Source of the DNA: a bacterium
GTDB lineage: Bacteria > Patescibacteriota > Microgenomatia > Daviesbacterales > UBA10151
Direction of reading: 5' to 3'
Assembly (NCBI GenBank): GCA_021786315.1
Contig: JAJYNN010000002.1
Location: forward strand, 270,997-334,996
Length of the DNA: 64,000 bases
Below, piece after piece: positions 19,624 to 29,326 of this stretch. Position numbers and translations under genes: made by a program. Each line of letters starts with the position of its first letter. The stretch's first letter is position 1. The notes under the pieces are model-generated. The model was given only the letters and a program-made list of their open reading frames with translations. It made no database searches and was not told the DNA's origin.

Positions 19624-19708
19624 GTCGGAATATCAGCGTATCAGAATATCGGAATGTTAAGTTCGATTTTCTGAAACTCTGACACACTGAAACTCTGATA
19701 ATCTGAAC
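19624..19708. repeat. Octamer-repeat hairpin element (ATCRGAAT / CTCTGAHA)
   Basis: Tandem 8-mers then reverse-complement 8-mers; related element inside dnaX. Confidence 0.7.
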
Positions 19709-19794
19709 AGGAGGTGCTTTTTTTAATAAAATTTGTCAATAATGAGTCTACTTTGCCTGCGGCAAAGATCTTGTAATTGACAGTTTGTAAGCTT

Positions 19795-19992
19795 ATGTCG
19801 ATTATTGTAAGACGTGGACCAAAAGATACGACTGATATGGTTATTCGTAAGTTTCAGAAGAAGGTAGCTTTGGAAAATGTTATTCAGGAATATAGAGACC
19901 GCGAATTTCATAAAACAGCTTCCGAGAAACGTCAGGAAAGACGCCAGGAGCGACTACGAAAGATCATGAGAGCCAGAAGGATGAGAGATTAA
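19795..19992 (+). CDS. rpsU: 30S ribosomal protein S21
   Basis: IRKFQKKV..IQEYRDREFHKTASEKR; precedes a yqeY-family gene. Confidence 0.88.
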   Translation: MSIIVRRGPKDTTDMVIRKFQKKVALENVIQEYRDREFHKTASEKRQERRQERLRKIMRARRMRD

Positions 19993-19995
19993 TTA

Positions 19996-20442
19996 ATGCT
20001 CAAAGACCGAATCCAAAAAGATTTACAGGAGGCTCAATTAAATAAAGACGAAAACAAGGTCAGTACCTTGCGTCTTCTGCTATCCGAAATCCGCTACGCC
20101 GAGATTAACTCGGGCGGTGAAATTGATGATGCCGGGGTAGTTGGTGTTGTCCAGAAAGAGATCAAAAAACGCCGCGAAGCTGCTGAAGGTTTCAAAAAAG
20201 GCGGAAGGGATGAGCAGGCCCAAAAAGAGGAGGCCGAGTTGGAAATTTTGTCCCCCTATTTACCGGCCCAGCTTTCTGATGAAGAACTTGATAAGATTAT
20301 TGGTGAAGCCATTGCTCAAACTGGGGCTTCGGCCATTTCCGATATGGGAAAGGTTATTGGTGTGGTTATGGGTAAAGTTGCCGGCCAGGCCGAAGGCGCC
20401 AGGGTTTCGGCAAAAGTTAAGGAGAAATTATCTAATGGTTAA
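19996..20442 (+). CDS. yqeY: GatB/YqeY domain protein
   Basis: LRLLLSEI, KEIKKRREA, YLPAQLS, DMGKVIG. Confidence 0.92.
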   Translation: MLKDRIQKDLQEAQLNKDENKVSTLRLLLSEIRYAEINSGGEIDDAGVVGVVQKEIKKRREAAEGFKKGGRDEQAQKEEAELEILSPYLPAQLSDEELDKIIGEAIAQTGASAISDMGKVIGVVMGKVAGQAEGARVSAKVKEKLSNG

Positions 20443-20851
20443 TGTCATTATTGCTGCTGACCCCAGATACGATATCAACAAAGCATCCATCCAGACTTCA
20501 GTTTTGGGTGTTTTAAATAAACACCGGATTCGCGGAAAGGTTGAGGTTGAGGTCAATATTGTTGGTGACCGCAAGATGCATGAACTCAATAAACAATACC
20601 GGGATATTGACTCAACCACTGATGTTTTATCTTTTGTTTTTGAAGACCCCCAGCCGGCCAATTTGCAACATATCCCCAGAGTCGGTTTTGTAGCTGCTCC
20701 TGATGGGTGGCTTAGGTTGGGGTCAATTGTCATTTCCTATCCCCAGGCAGTGGAAGATGCGGCTTTGGACGGGACCTCGGTTGAGGACGAAATTTCTTTT
20801 TTGGTTGATCACGGTACTACCCACCTGCTCGGTATTCACCACCCGGAATAA
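20435..20851 (+). CDS. ybeY: rRNA maturation RNase YbeY
   Basis: LNKQYRDIDSTTDVLSF and HGTTHLLGIHH; real start ATG 20435. Confidence 0.92.
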   Translation: MVNVIIAADPRYDINKASIQTSVLGVLNKHRIRGKVEVEVNIVGDRKMHELNKQYRDIDSTTDVLSFVFEDPQPANLQHIPRVGFVAAPDGWLRLGSIVISYPQAVEDAALDGTSVEDEISFLVDHGTTHLLGIHHPE

Positions 20852-20914
20852 CCAAATTAATACAGTTTGCTGTCTTTACTATGGAATGGAAACTCATTAG
20901 TATTAACTACGAAA

Positions 20915-22489
20915 ATGGTTCTGTATCGTAAATACCGTCCACAAACTCTTGATGAAGTCATTGGCCAGACATTGGTCAAGCAAGCCTTAAAATCTGCCAT
21001 ATCTTCCGGAAAATTGTCCCACGCTTACCTCTTTTGTGGTCCCCGCGGGACAGGCAAAACTTCGACGGCCCGGATTTTGGCCAAGATGGTAAACTGCGAA
21101 GCCGGAAATGAAAAAGTCCCGTGCAATAAATGTTCAGCCTGTATGTCCATTACTGATGGATCAAATCTGGATGTGGTGGAAATGGATGCAGCATCCAATA
21201 GAGGCATTGAAGATATCCGGGTGTTACGGGACAACATCAAACTTTCCCCGACATCCTTAAAGAAAAAAGTCTACATTATCGATGAGGTGCATATGTTATC
21301 AACTGATGCCTTCAACGCCCTTTTAAAGACTTTGGAGGAGCCACCAGAGCATGTTTTATTTGTTTTGGCGACTACTGAGTTGCAAAAAATTCCGGCCACT
21401 ATTTTGTCCCGGGTTTCCAAGCTGGACTTTAAATCTGCAACCAGCGAGGAACTGGTTGAAGCTTTGGAAAGGGTAGCCAAGGCCGAAAAGATAAACGCGG
21501 ACAAAGGGGCAATTTTGGAGATCGGTAAAAAGGCCCAGGGCAGTTTCCGTGATGGAATTAAATTATTGGATTTGGTATCTACTCTTCCGGAAATCAACCA
21601 GGCGGCGGTCGAAGAATTTTTACGCGGGGGAGCGTTTGCCGGGGTAGCCGGACTCCTGGAAAATATTGCCGCCAAAAAAACCACAGAAGCCTTATCAAGT
21701 TTAGAAAAAGAGGTGGGTGCTGGGGTCAATATTAAAGAACTAACGATTACAATCCTGGATACCTTAAGGCAATTACTGCTTATTAAACACGGCTTGGGGA
21801 AGCAACTGGTAAGCGGGGAGGTTGATGAGGAGAAATATAAGGTGCTGGAAGGGCTGGCCGGAAAATTCGAAGCGGCCCATTTAGCTGTTGTAATTGAGAC
21901 TTTCCAAAAAAGCTTTGAACAGAACCGGTATTCCTCAGTGGCAATCCTGCCTTTGGAATTGGCGGTGGTGGAAAGTGCATCAGAGTATCAGAGTATCGGA
22001 GTATCGGAAGATCGGAAGGCGGAGGTGTTGGAAGATAAGCAGATCAGTAGAACGGAAAAATCTGATACGCCGATACATCGACACTCCGAAACACCAGCTG
22101 AGATTCCCATCATTGCCGTCCCTTCAGAGAACGCTTCCGAGGATATGCAAAAAATTACGGAAAAATGGAACTATATCCTGGAAACTGTCCGGGCGGCTAA
22201 TTTTTCCCTGGAAGCCTTGCTCCGTTCTTCGAGAATTGTAAAATGTGAGGGTAAAAACGTAGTTTTGGAAGTTCCCTATTCCTTCCACCAGAGGATAATT
22301 GAAGCCCCTAAAGCCCGGGATTTACTGGAAACAATTTTTGCTGATATTCTCCAGAGAAAGGTTCTTGTCTCAACCGTATTGGGGAAGAAAGCGGTAAAAA
22401 GTGAAGGATTGGCCAATGTTGAGGTGGCGGCGGATGATGAGATTGTCAAAATTGCCGCGGAGATTTTTAATTCGGAGCCGGCAAGCTAA
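20915..22489 (+). CDS. dnaX: DNA polymerase III subunit gamma/tau
   Basis: LYRKYRPQ, GPRGTGKTS, IIDEVHML, ALLKTLEEPP. Confidence 0.96.
   Translation: MVLYRKYRPQTLDEVIGQTLVKQALKSAISSGKLSHAYLFCGPRGTGKTSTARILAKMVNCEAGNEKVPCNKCSACMSITDGSNLDVVEMDAASNRGIEDIRVLRDNIKLSPTSLKKKVYIIDEVHMLSTDAFNALLKTLEEPPEHVLFVLATTELQKIPATILSRVSKLDFKSATSEELVEALERVAKAEKINADKGAILEIGKKAQGSFRDGIKLLDLVSTLPEINQAAVEEFLRGGAFAGVAGLLENIAAKKTTEALSSLEKEVGAGVNIKELTITILDTLRQLLLIKHGLGKQLVSGEVDEEKYKVLEGLAGKFEAAHLAVVIETFQKSFEQNRYSSVAILPLELAVVESASEYQSIGVSEDRKAEVLEDKQISRTEKSDTPIHRHSETPAEIPIIAVPSENASEDMQKITEKWNYILETVRAANFSLEALLRSSRIVKCEGKNVVLEVPYSFHQRIIEAPKARDLLETIFADILQRKVLVSTVLGKKAVKSEGLANVEVAADDEIVKIAAEIFNSEPAS
21975..22095. repeat. Octamer-repeat hairpin element in-frame within the dnaX linker
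   Basis: ATCAGAGT x2, ATCGGAGT, ATCGGAAG x2 ... TCTGATAC GCCGATAC ATCGACAC TCCGAAAC. Confidence 0.7.
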
Positions 22490-23217
22490 TGGAAAAACTT
22501 AGATTAGGGATTTTTGCTTCCGGGGGCGGGACAACCGGAGAAGTAATCTTTGATAAGGCTGCTGTTATCTTAACCAACAACCCTCAAGCCGGCGTTATTG
22601 AGCTGGCTAAGCAACATCACATCCCTTGTGAAGTTTTGCTTCCAAGATCAGAGTTCCGTGTACTCAACTCTGTCGGGGAAAATGACAAAGAGTCGTCCCG
22701 CCTAAAATACGGGGAGTATCTGATTACAATTCTGAGTAACTATGCTGTTACCCATGGATCGTTGAATGGTTTTGATACTTTAATTCCTCAGAATGTAATT
22801 CAAGCATTTAAACTAGTGAATTCTCATCCCGGGCCTTTAGACCCCGGGTTTTTGGATTTTGGCGGAGAGGGTATGCATGGGTTGGCAGTACACCAAGCGG
22901 TAATCAATTTTTCTCGGATGATTGACCGGCCTTTTTCGACAGCAGTTTGTTTACATCGGGTAGTGGAAAAATATGATAAGGGGGAGTTGCTATCCCTTGT
23001 TGAAGTGGCGATTAAAGAAGATGACACCGCCGAGAGTTTGCAAGCGCGGGTGAAGGAAGTGGAGAAAGAGCAGAATAGAAAATTTTGGGAAAAAGTTGAA
23101 CAAGATAATGGGGAACTGAGGGTTATACAAAGGACTTCGAGAGTGATTTTACCGGGGGAGGAGGATCTTTTATTTCAGGCGAAAGAAGAGGCAATTGCCG
23201 CTTATCCTCACGGATAA
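22489..23217 (+). CDS. PurN-like formyltransferase
   Basis: GIFASGGGT, VNSHPGPL, FGGEGMHGLAVHQAV, HRVVEKYDKG, DDTAESLQARV. Confidence 0.8.
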   Translation: MEKLRLGIFASGGGTTGEVIFDKAAVILTNNPQAGVIELAKQHHIPCEVLLPRSEFRVLNSVGENDKESSRLKYGEYLITILSNYAVTHGSLNGFDTLIPQNVIQAFKLVNSHPGPLDPGFLDFGGEGMHGLAVHQAVINFSRMIDRPFSTAVCLHRVVEKYDKGELLSLVEVAIKEDDTAESLQARVKEVEKEQNRKFWEKVEQDNGELRVIQRTSRVILPGEEDLLFQAKEEAIAAYPHG

Positions 23218-23238
23218 TATATAGTATAATAAGCACAT

Positions 23239-23511
23239 ATGGGATTTATGGATGGTTTAAAACAAATGGGCGATTTGAAGAAGATGCGCGACCAGGCAAT
23301 GGAAGTGCAAAAACGTCTTGCGGGAATCAAGATCACTGTGGAACATAAAGGTGTAACAGTAGTCATGACCGCTGACCAAAAAGTGGTTTCCATTTCCGGA
23401 GACAATGATTTGGATAAGGTTACTGAAGCTGTCAATGAAGCTTTGAAACAATCCCAAAAAGTGGCTGCGGAAGAGATGAAAACTCTCATGGGCGGTTTCC
23501 CCGGAATGTAA
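23239..23511 (+). CDS. ybaB: YbaB/EbfC nucleoid-associated protein
   Basis: QAMEVQKRL..VTVVMTADQKVVSI..AVNEAL; located between dnaX and recR. Confidence 0.88.
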   Translation: MGFMDGLKQMGDLKKMRDQAMEVQKRLAGIKITVEHKGVTVVMTADQKVVSISGDNDLDKVTEAVNEALKQSQKVAAEEMKTLMGGFPGM

Positions 23512-23522
23512 ATTTCCAAGGT

Positions 23523-23690
23523 ATGAACGAGGCGGACAAAAAATTTTCAGCAGGTGTTTCAGTGGAACAGAATCTTTCTGCAGGTAATTCCTTAAATAAA
23601 GAGAGACCTTTTTTGGCAAAAATTGTTCACCCGCTAATCCAAGCAAGGCAATGGGTCTATGATTCCATTACTCTCTTAATGCTTGGCTAA
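23523..23690 (+). CDS. Possible 55-aa small protein (not in ORF track)
   Basis: ATG..TAA ORF MNEADKKFSAG..VYDSITLLMLG fills the ybaB-recR gap. Confidence 0.35.
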   Translation: MNEADKKFSAGVSVEQNLSAGNSLNKERPFLAKIVHPLIQARQWVYDSITLLMLG

Positions 23691-23744
23691 GGTTTTTTGT
23701 TAGGCTTCCTATTTATCCTGAAAAATGGTAAAATTGGCCTTGAA

Positions 23745-24341
23745 ATGGCCACAGTCCCCAAGGTTGTACAAAACTTAATTGAGGCATTTGAAAGGCTCCC
23801 TGGTATCGGGCCGAAGACAGCCCAGCGGTTAACTTATCACCTTTTGCATGCCCCCAAAGAAGAGGCTGAAGCCTTGGCCCGGGCGGCTTTGGACCTGAAG
23901 GATAAAACCGTAATTTGCGAGACTTGTTTTAATATCTCCGAAGAGTCCCCCTGCCAGATTTGTACCGATATCTCCCGCCAAAAATCGATCATTGCCGTTG
24001 TCGAAGACCCCTTGGATGTCTTGGCTTTGGAAAAGACTGGGTTTACCGGCCTGTATCATGTTTTGCATGGATCGATCTCGCCCTTGGAAAATATTGGTCC
24101 TGAGGAATTAAAGATTAGGGAGCTTCTGCCAAGATTAAAAGATGGGGTAGTCAAAGAGGTGATCTTGGCCACCAACCCAACTATGGAGGGGGAAGCGACG
24201 GCGATGTACATCGACCGTTTAATTTCTCCTTTGGGAATTAAAGTTACCCGCATTGCCCGGGGAATTCCGGTTGGGGGGGATTTGGAATATGCTGACGAAA
24301 CTACCTTAACCAGGGCCTTAGAGGGACGGAAAGAGTATTAA
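23745..24341 (+). CDS. recR: Recombination mediator RecR
   Basis: LPGIGPKTAQRL, C4 zinc finger, YHVLHG, EVILATNPTMEGEATA. Confidence 0.96.
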   Translation: MATVPKVVQNLIEAFERLPGIGPKTAQRLTYHLLHAPKEEAEALARAALDLKDKTVICETCFNISEESPCQICTDISRQKSIIAVVEDPLDVLALEKTGFTGLYHVLHGSISPLENIGPEELKIRELLPRLKDGVVKEVILATNPTMEGEATAMYIDRLISPLGIKVTRIARGIPVGGDLEYADETTLTRALEGRKEY

Positions 24342-24428
24342 ATTTCTAATTTCTAAGTACTAATTTCTAAATAAATCCCAATTCCAAAATTACTTAGATT
24401 AATTGGGTCAATTAGAAATTAGATCAAT
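24341..24428. repeat. Heptamer-repeat hairpin element (AATTTCT type)
   Basis: AATTTCTAATTTCTAA ... TTAGAAATTAGA inverted arms. Confidence 0.65.
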
Positions 24429-24432
24429 TTAT

Positions 24433-25731
24433 ATGTTAAAAACCTTTACTTTAAAAAATGGAATTCATGTTGCGACTTATAATTTGCCGAACTTAAAATC
24501 TGTTCATCTCCGTTTGGCTACCAAAGGCGGCATGCTAACCCAGAAACAGGATGGCGCAGCCCACTTGATGGAGCATATGCTGGTCCAGGGGATACCGTTT
24601 CTTCCAACCGCGGAAGAGTTTTCTTCTTATATAGAAAGCTTGGCTGGAACCTATGGGGCTTATACCCAGCAACTTCAGGTAGGTTTTGAAATTACCGTTC
24701 CTGCCCCATATTTGGATATTGCTGTGGAGATTTCCGCCCAGACTTTTTTTGAGCCTCTTTTTAAGCCGGAGGCTTTGGAAAAAGAAAGACAGGTAGTGGT
24801 TACCGAAATTAAACAGCGCTTAGATTCGAAGTGGCATAAAATTGGGGAATTTTTCCAACAATCCAGATTCAAGAAAGGAAGTATTATGACCCGGGAGTTG
24901 GGAGGTACAGTTGAGGAGCTGGAAAGGTTAACCCTGAAAGACTTAAAGGATCTTTGGGAGAAGTATTTTGTTCCGAAAAATACTTACCTGATAGTAGTAG
25001 GCAACTTTTCTGAATTGAAGCTTAAGGAACTTCTGCAAAAACATTTTGATAAATATACCTCCAAGGACCCATTTTTGGGTTTCCCTAAAATTTCCAAAAG
25101 TGATTTTTCAAGTGAAGAAATTTCTATACGTCATGATAAAACTTTGCAAAGCAATTATTTGGACCTGACATTTCCGGGGGTGACCTTGCTTGATAACGAT
25201 TTAAGGATGAAACAGAGCTTGGCATTGACGACCTTGGGCAGATTGCGCAACAGCAGGCTCTACAGGTTATTAAGGTACAACAAAGGTTTGGTTTATGATG
25301 TCCGGGCAGGATCTAGTCTTTTGCCGGGGTTGGGGTATGTTTTTGTTTCCTCAGAGGTATCCAAGGAACACCTTTGGGAAGTGGCAGGATTAATTGTGGC
25401 GGAAGTGGCCGATTTTGTTAAAAACGGACCCTTGACGGAGGAGATCGAATTTTCCAAAAATTTCTTAATTAACCAATGGCTAATGGCTTTTGACCACCCG
25501 TCATCAATTGCTTCCTGGCTAGAGGGGGAACTGCTTTGGGAGGACAAGATCAGGCTTCCGGAAGAAATTGTTTCTGAAGTAAGAGAAATAAAAGCGAAGG
25601 ATGTTTGGGAGATGATGCAAAACAATTGGGATTTTAGTAAACTGAATTTAACAGTTCAGGGTCCGTTAGGGAAAACTCCTGAAACGGTAAGGAAATTCAC
25701 TGAACTTATAGAAAGACTTAAAAATGGCTAA
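24433..25731 (+). CDS. M16 family zinc peptidase
   Basis: HLMEH inverted zincin motif; SRLYRLLRYNKGLVY. Confidence 0.9.
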   Translation: MLKTFTLKNGIHVATYNLPNLKSVHLRLATKGGMLTQKQDGAAHLMEHMLVQGIPFLPTAEEFSSYIESLAGTYGAYTQQLQVGFEITVPAPYLDIAVEISAQTFFEPLFKPEALEKERQVVVTEIKQRLDSKWHKIGEFFQQSRFKKGSIMTRELGGTVEELERLTLKDLKDLWEKYFVPKNTYLIVVGNFSELKLKELLQKHFDKYTSKDPFLGFPKISKSDFSSEEISIRHDKTLQSNYLDLTFPGVTLLDNDLRMKQSLALTTLGRLRNSRLYRLLRYNKGLVYDVRAGSSLLPGLGYVFVSSEVSKEHLWEVAGLIVAEVADFVKNGPLTEEIEFSKNFLINQWLMAFDHPSSIASWLEGELLWEDKIRLPEEIVSEVREIKAKDVWEMMQNNWDFSKLNLTVQGPLGKTPETVRKFTELIERLKNG

Positions 25732-26137
25732 CGGACCAATAGGTGCAATAAAACAAACAGCTGTGGACTTGGGGGAGGCTATAGGGAAGCCTGTGGTTGA
25801 TGAGGTGGGGAAAGCGATTGAAGAAGGTGCGCAATCTGCAACCGGATATACCCCTAAACCTCTTGACCCCCAGGAACAGCAAAAAAAGATGGAGGAAGAC
25901 CAAAAGAAAAAAGCTTGGGCGATCCATGTAATTGAATGGAATAAAAAGATCCAGGAAGAACAGGCTAAGATCCGCCAGCAACAAAAGCAACAGGAGATGC
26001 AAAAGACCCAACAGGAAACCGAGAAGAAAAAAGTAAAACAGTTTCAAATTATGGAGCAAAAACAAAAACAAGTCCAACTCTCGGAAGCTCAAAAGGCAGC
26101 CACTAAAGCCGAGCGTAAGGGTGGAGTAGGAGGATGA
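25724..26137 (+). CDS. Hypothetical Gln/Lys-rich coiled-coil protein
   Basis: Translationally coupled between the peptidase and cysS. Confidence 0.7.
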   Translation: MANGPIGAIKQTAVDLGEAIGKPVVDEVGKAIEEGAQSATGYTPKPLDPQEQQKKMEEDQKKKAWAIHVIEWNKKIQEEQAKIRQQQKQQEMQKTQQETEKKKVKQFQIMEQKQKQVQLSEAQKAATKAERKGGVGG

Positions 26138-26138
26138 G

Positions 26139-27482
26139 ATGTTAAAACTCTATAATACTTTGACCCGAAAAGTTGAGGAATTTAAATCCCTTAAAAACAA
26201 AGAAGTGGCAATGTACACCTGTGGTCCTACGGTTTACGACTTTGCCCATATCGGAAATTTGCGGACCTATATCTTTGAGGATTTATTGAGACGTGTTTTG
26301 GAAGTAAATGGCTATCAGGTGAAGCAGGTGATGAACATTACCGATATTGAGGACAAAATCATTAAAAAAGCCAAAGAGAAAGGTGTGAGCATTGATGAAG
26401 TTACCCGGCCTTTTGAGAAAGCATTCCTGGAGGATTTGAGTAAGCTAAATATCGAGCCAGCCAGTGTTTATCCCCGGGCTACAGAACATATTGGCCAGAT
26501 GATCAAGTATGTGGAAGAGCTTATAAAAAAAGGCTACGCCTATATTGAAAAGGATGGGTCTGTTTATTTTGATATTTCTAAATTTCCTGACTATGGAAAA
26601 TTATCCCAACTGGACAAAAGGGAGGTCATGGCGGGAGCCAGAGTTTCGGCGGACGAGTATACCAAAGAAAATGCCCAGGATTTTGCTCTGTGGAAATCAG
26701 TGGAACCGGATGAGGTAGGATACAGTTCTCCCTGGGGTCGAGGCAGGCCTGGATGGCATATTGAGTGTTCGGTGATGAGCCAGGAGTATTTGGGGGAGAC
26801 AATGGATATCCATGGGGGTGCAGTAGACTTAATTTTCCCTCATCATGAAAATGAAATTGCCCAATCAGAGGCCAAAACAGGGAAAACCTTTGCCAATTTG
26901 TTTATCCATGGAGAACACTTGTTGGTTAACAACCAAAGAATGGCAAAGTCCGCCAATAATTTTTTTACCCTGAGGGATATCGAGGAAAAGGGTTATGACC
27001 CCTTGGCTTATAGATATTTAGATCTAACAGCTCATTACAGAGACAAATTAAACTTCACCTGGGAATCTTTAGAGGCGGCACAAAATGCTTTAAACAATTT
27101 AAGGGAAGAGGTTAGGGCTTGGGAACAACCTGATAAGACAGATGAAGCTTTTTGGCAAAAGTTTTTGGATAGCGCTAATAATGATTTGGGGATACCACAA
27201 GCCCTTGCGGTGTTGCATGAGCTGGTACACAGCCAGTTGGATAGCGCCACAAAAGCGGCAACAATTTTAGAAATGGATAAGGTTTTGGGATTGAGACTTG
27301 ATGAATACGTTGGTAAGCCGTTGGAAGTTCCGGAAGAAGTCCAAAAGTTAGTAGATGAACGGGAAGAGGCCAGAGAAAATAAAGACTTCCAAAAGTCTGA
27401 TGAACTGAGAGACAAAATTAAGGATTTAGGATTTGAAGTTAAGGACACCTCTGCCGGTCCCCGAATAAAAAAGTCCCATTAA
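26139..27482 (+). CDS. cysS: Cysteine--tRNA ligase
   Basis: YTCGPTVY, HIGN, DFALWK, GRPGWHIECS, FPHHENE, RMAKS. Confidence 0.97.
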   Translation: MLKLYNTLTRKVEEFKSLKNKEVAMYTCGPTVYDFAHIGNLRTYIFEDLLRRVLEVNGYQVKQVMNITDIEDKIIKKAKEKGVSIDEVTRPFEKAFLEDLSKLNIEPASVYPRATEHIGQMIKYVEELIKKGYAYIEKDGSVYFDISKFPDYGKLSQLDKREVMAGARVSADEYTKENAQDFALWKSVEPDEVGYSSPWGRGRPGWHIECSVMSQEYLGETMDIHGGAVDLIFPHHENEIAQSEAKTGKTFANLFIHGEHLLVNNQRMAKSANNFFTLRDIEEKGYDPLAYRYLDLTAHYRDKLNFTWESLEAAQNALNNLREEVRAWEQPDKTDEAFWQKFLDSANNDLGIPQALAVLHELVHSQLDSATKAATILEMDKVLGLRLDEYVGKPLEVPEEVQKLVDEREEARENKDFQKSDELRDKIKDLGFEVKDTSAGPRIKKSH

Positions 27483-27490
27483 CGAATATT

Positions 27491-27961
27491 ATGTGGGAAA
27501 GGGAAAACAAAAGACTTCGGAAGATTTTAGGAGAAATCCCTCAAAATGCGGCCGGAAATAATTCCCCCAGGTTTGATATGAGGATTTGGAAAACTCTGGA
27601 ACCATCTCAGATTTCAGAAGAGGGTAGATGGTTCGTTTTTGACCAGATCAGGTCATTTGCGGCCAATGGTGTAGTTACAGTACCTACTCCCAAGGATCTG
27701 GCTCGGCCATATTTTTTACAACCTTATTCTTTGGCTGAGTTTAAAGGGTTTACCTCTTTACTGACAAACTCCCCCAACGGTGGCTTATATGGGCCAGAGG
27801 GGAAAGCTATCGAAAGAGTTCTATTTTTGGAAATAGCCAACCCTCTTTCTGAATTCTCTGCTACCGAGACAGAAGGTATAATTATGGGTCTATTGTATTG
27901 GGTTGCACGCTTAGTAAACTGGGAGGAATCTTTTGTAAAGTATCACGGAGAGAAACCCTAA
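27491..27961 (+). CDS. Hypothetical protein
   Basis: ATG ORF directly after cysS; no motif recognised. Confidence 0.6.
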   Translation: MWERENKRLRKILGEIPQNAAGNNSPRFDMRIWKTLEPSQISEEGRWFVFDQIRSFAANGVVTVPTPKDLARPYFLQPYSLAEFKGFTSLLTNSPNGGLYGPEGKAIERVLFLEIANPLSEFSATETEGIIMGLLYWVARLVNWEESFVKYHGEKP

Positions 27962-28018
27962 AGGAAGTAATTTAGCATATTGTCCGGCTTTTATCTTGGT
28001 GCTAAACTCAATTGTTAA

Positions 28019-29287
28019 ATGAAATATAAACTTTCCACTTTAAAAAACGGTTTAACAGTTATCTCTATTGACCAACCCAATATCGAATCCGTAACTACCA
28101 TGGTGGCAGTTGGGGCAGGTTCCCGGAATGAATCTAAAAATGAAATGGGGATTGCCCACTTTTTCGAACATATGTTTTTTAAGGGATCGCGCAAGTACCC
28201 AACAGCCTTGGAAATTTCTACTCTAGTTGATGGGGTGGGGGCAATTAATAATGCTTTTACCTCTAAAGAGTTTACTGGTTATTGGATAAAATCTGCGACG
28301 AATAATGTGGAGTTAGCAGCCGATATAATATCAGCTGGTCTTACTGAGCCAATACTGTCTGAAGAGGAGATAGATCGGGAAAAAGGTGTCATTATTGAGG
28401 AGAAAAGAATGTATCAGGATAACCCTACTCGTTATGTTTGGGATCTTTTCTTTAGTTTAGTGTTTGGAAATACACCTTTAGGATGGAACGTCATTGGGAC
28501 TGATCAAACTATAACCTCTTTTTCTAGGAATGATTTTCTAAAATACATCCGAAGTTTTTATTCCCCAGAAAACATGGCATTAATATTCGCCGGCAAGATT
28601 GGCAATAAAGGGGTAGAACTTGCTAAGCAATATTTTTCAGACATGCCAACGCACCGGAACAACTCTCCCTTGGCATTTAAACCGAAAGAGCAGAAAAAAC
28701 CGGGGATAAACATTTTCTACAAAAAGACAGATCAAGTAAATGTTGTTTTGGGTGGTTTGGGTTATAAACGTAGTGATTCCAGAAGATACACAGCTGCATT
28801 GATAGCAAGTCTTTTGGGGGAGGGAATGAGTTCTCGTTTGTTTATCCAAGTCAGGGAGAGGAGAGGTTTGGCGTATCATGTCGCAGCTGATATCGAAGAT
28901 TTTAGGGATACCGGTATTTTTGCTGCTTATGCTGGGCTTAAGCAGGAAAAGGTGGAGGAAGGTGTGAAGGTTATAAAAGAACAGTTGGACAGGCTGAAAG
29001 TGGAAAGTGTCCCAGGGGATGAACTTAAAAAAGTGAAAGAAATGATAAAAGGAAGATTAGCAATTAGATCAGAATCAACGAATTTTTTGGCAGAGTTTTA
29101 CGGTTTACAGTGGGTTGTGGACCGAAATATTGAAACCCCGGAAGAATATATTAAAAAAATAGAAGCAGTAACAGCTGAGGATGTAAAAGAAGTTGCTAAC
29201 GATCTTTTTGAGAGCCGAAAACTCAATTTACAGATAATTGGCCCCTTGAAAAATTCCTCAGAATTTGAAAGAATCTTAGAGGGCTGA
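28019..29287 (+). CDS. M16 family zinc peptidase
   Basis: GIAHFFEHMFFKG, NAFTSKE, SSRLFIQVRERRGLAY. Confidence 0.93.
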   Translation: MKYKLSTLKNGLTVISIDQPNIESVTTMVAVGAGSRNESKNEMGIAHFFEHMFFKGSRKYPTALEISTLVDGVGAINNAFTSKEFTGYWIKSATNNVELAADIISAGLTEPILSEEEIDREKGVIIEEKRMYQDNPTRYVWDLFFSLVFGNTPLGWNVIGTDQTITSFSRNDFLKYIRSFYSPENMALIFAGKIGNKGVELAKQYFSDMPTHRNNSPLAFKPKEQKKPGINIFYKKTDQVNVVLGGLGYKRSDSRRYTAALIASLLGEGMSSRLFIQVRERRGLAYHVAADIEDFRDTGIFAAYAGLKQEKVEEGVKVIKEQLDRLKVESVPGDELKKVKEMIKGRLAIRSESTNFLAEFYGLQWVVDRNIETPEEYIKKIEAVTAEDVKEVANDLFESRKLNLQIIGPLKNSSEFERILEG

Positions 29288-29314
29288 GGCCTTTATCTAG
29301 AAAGGCCTTTTTTT
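29287..29314 (+). terminator. Intrinsic terminator
   Basis: AGGCCTTT-ATCTAG-AAAGGCCT followed by a T-run. Confidence 0.75.
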
Positions 29315-29326
29315 GTTTTTTAACAT

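Noticed and set aside
20141-20434. Long N-terminal extension of YbeY (also upstream extensions of tsf, dnaX, recR, apbE)
   Set aside because: Extensions overlap upstream genes or promoters; homology begins at downstream ATGs.
14371-24428. CRISPR array from the short repeats
   Set aside because: Units are 7-8 nt tandem repeats without unique spacers; no cas genes in the window.
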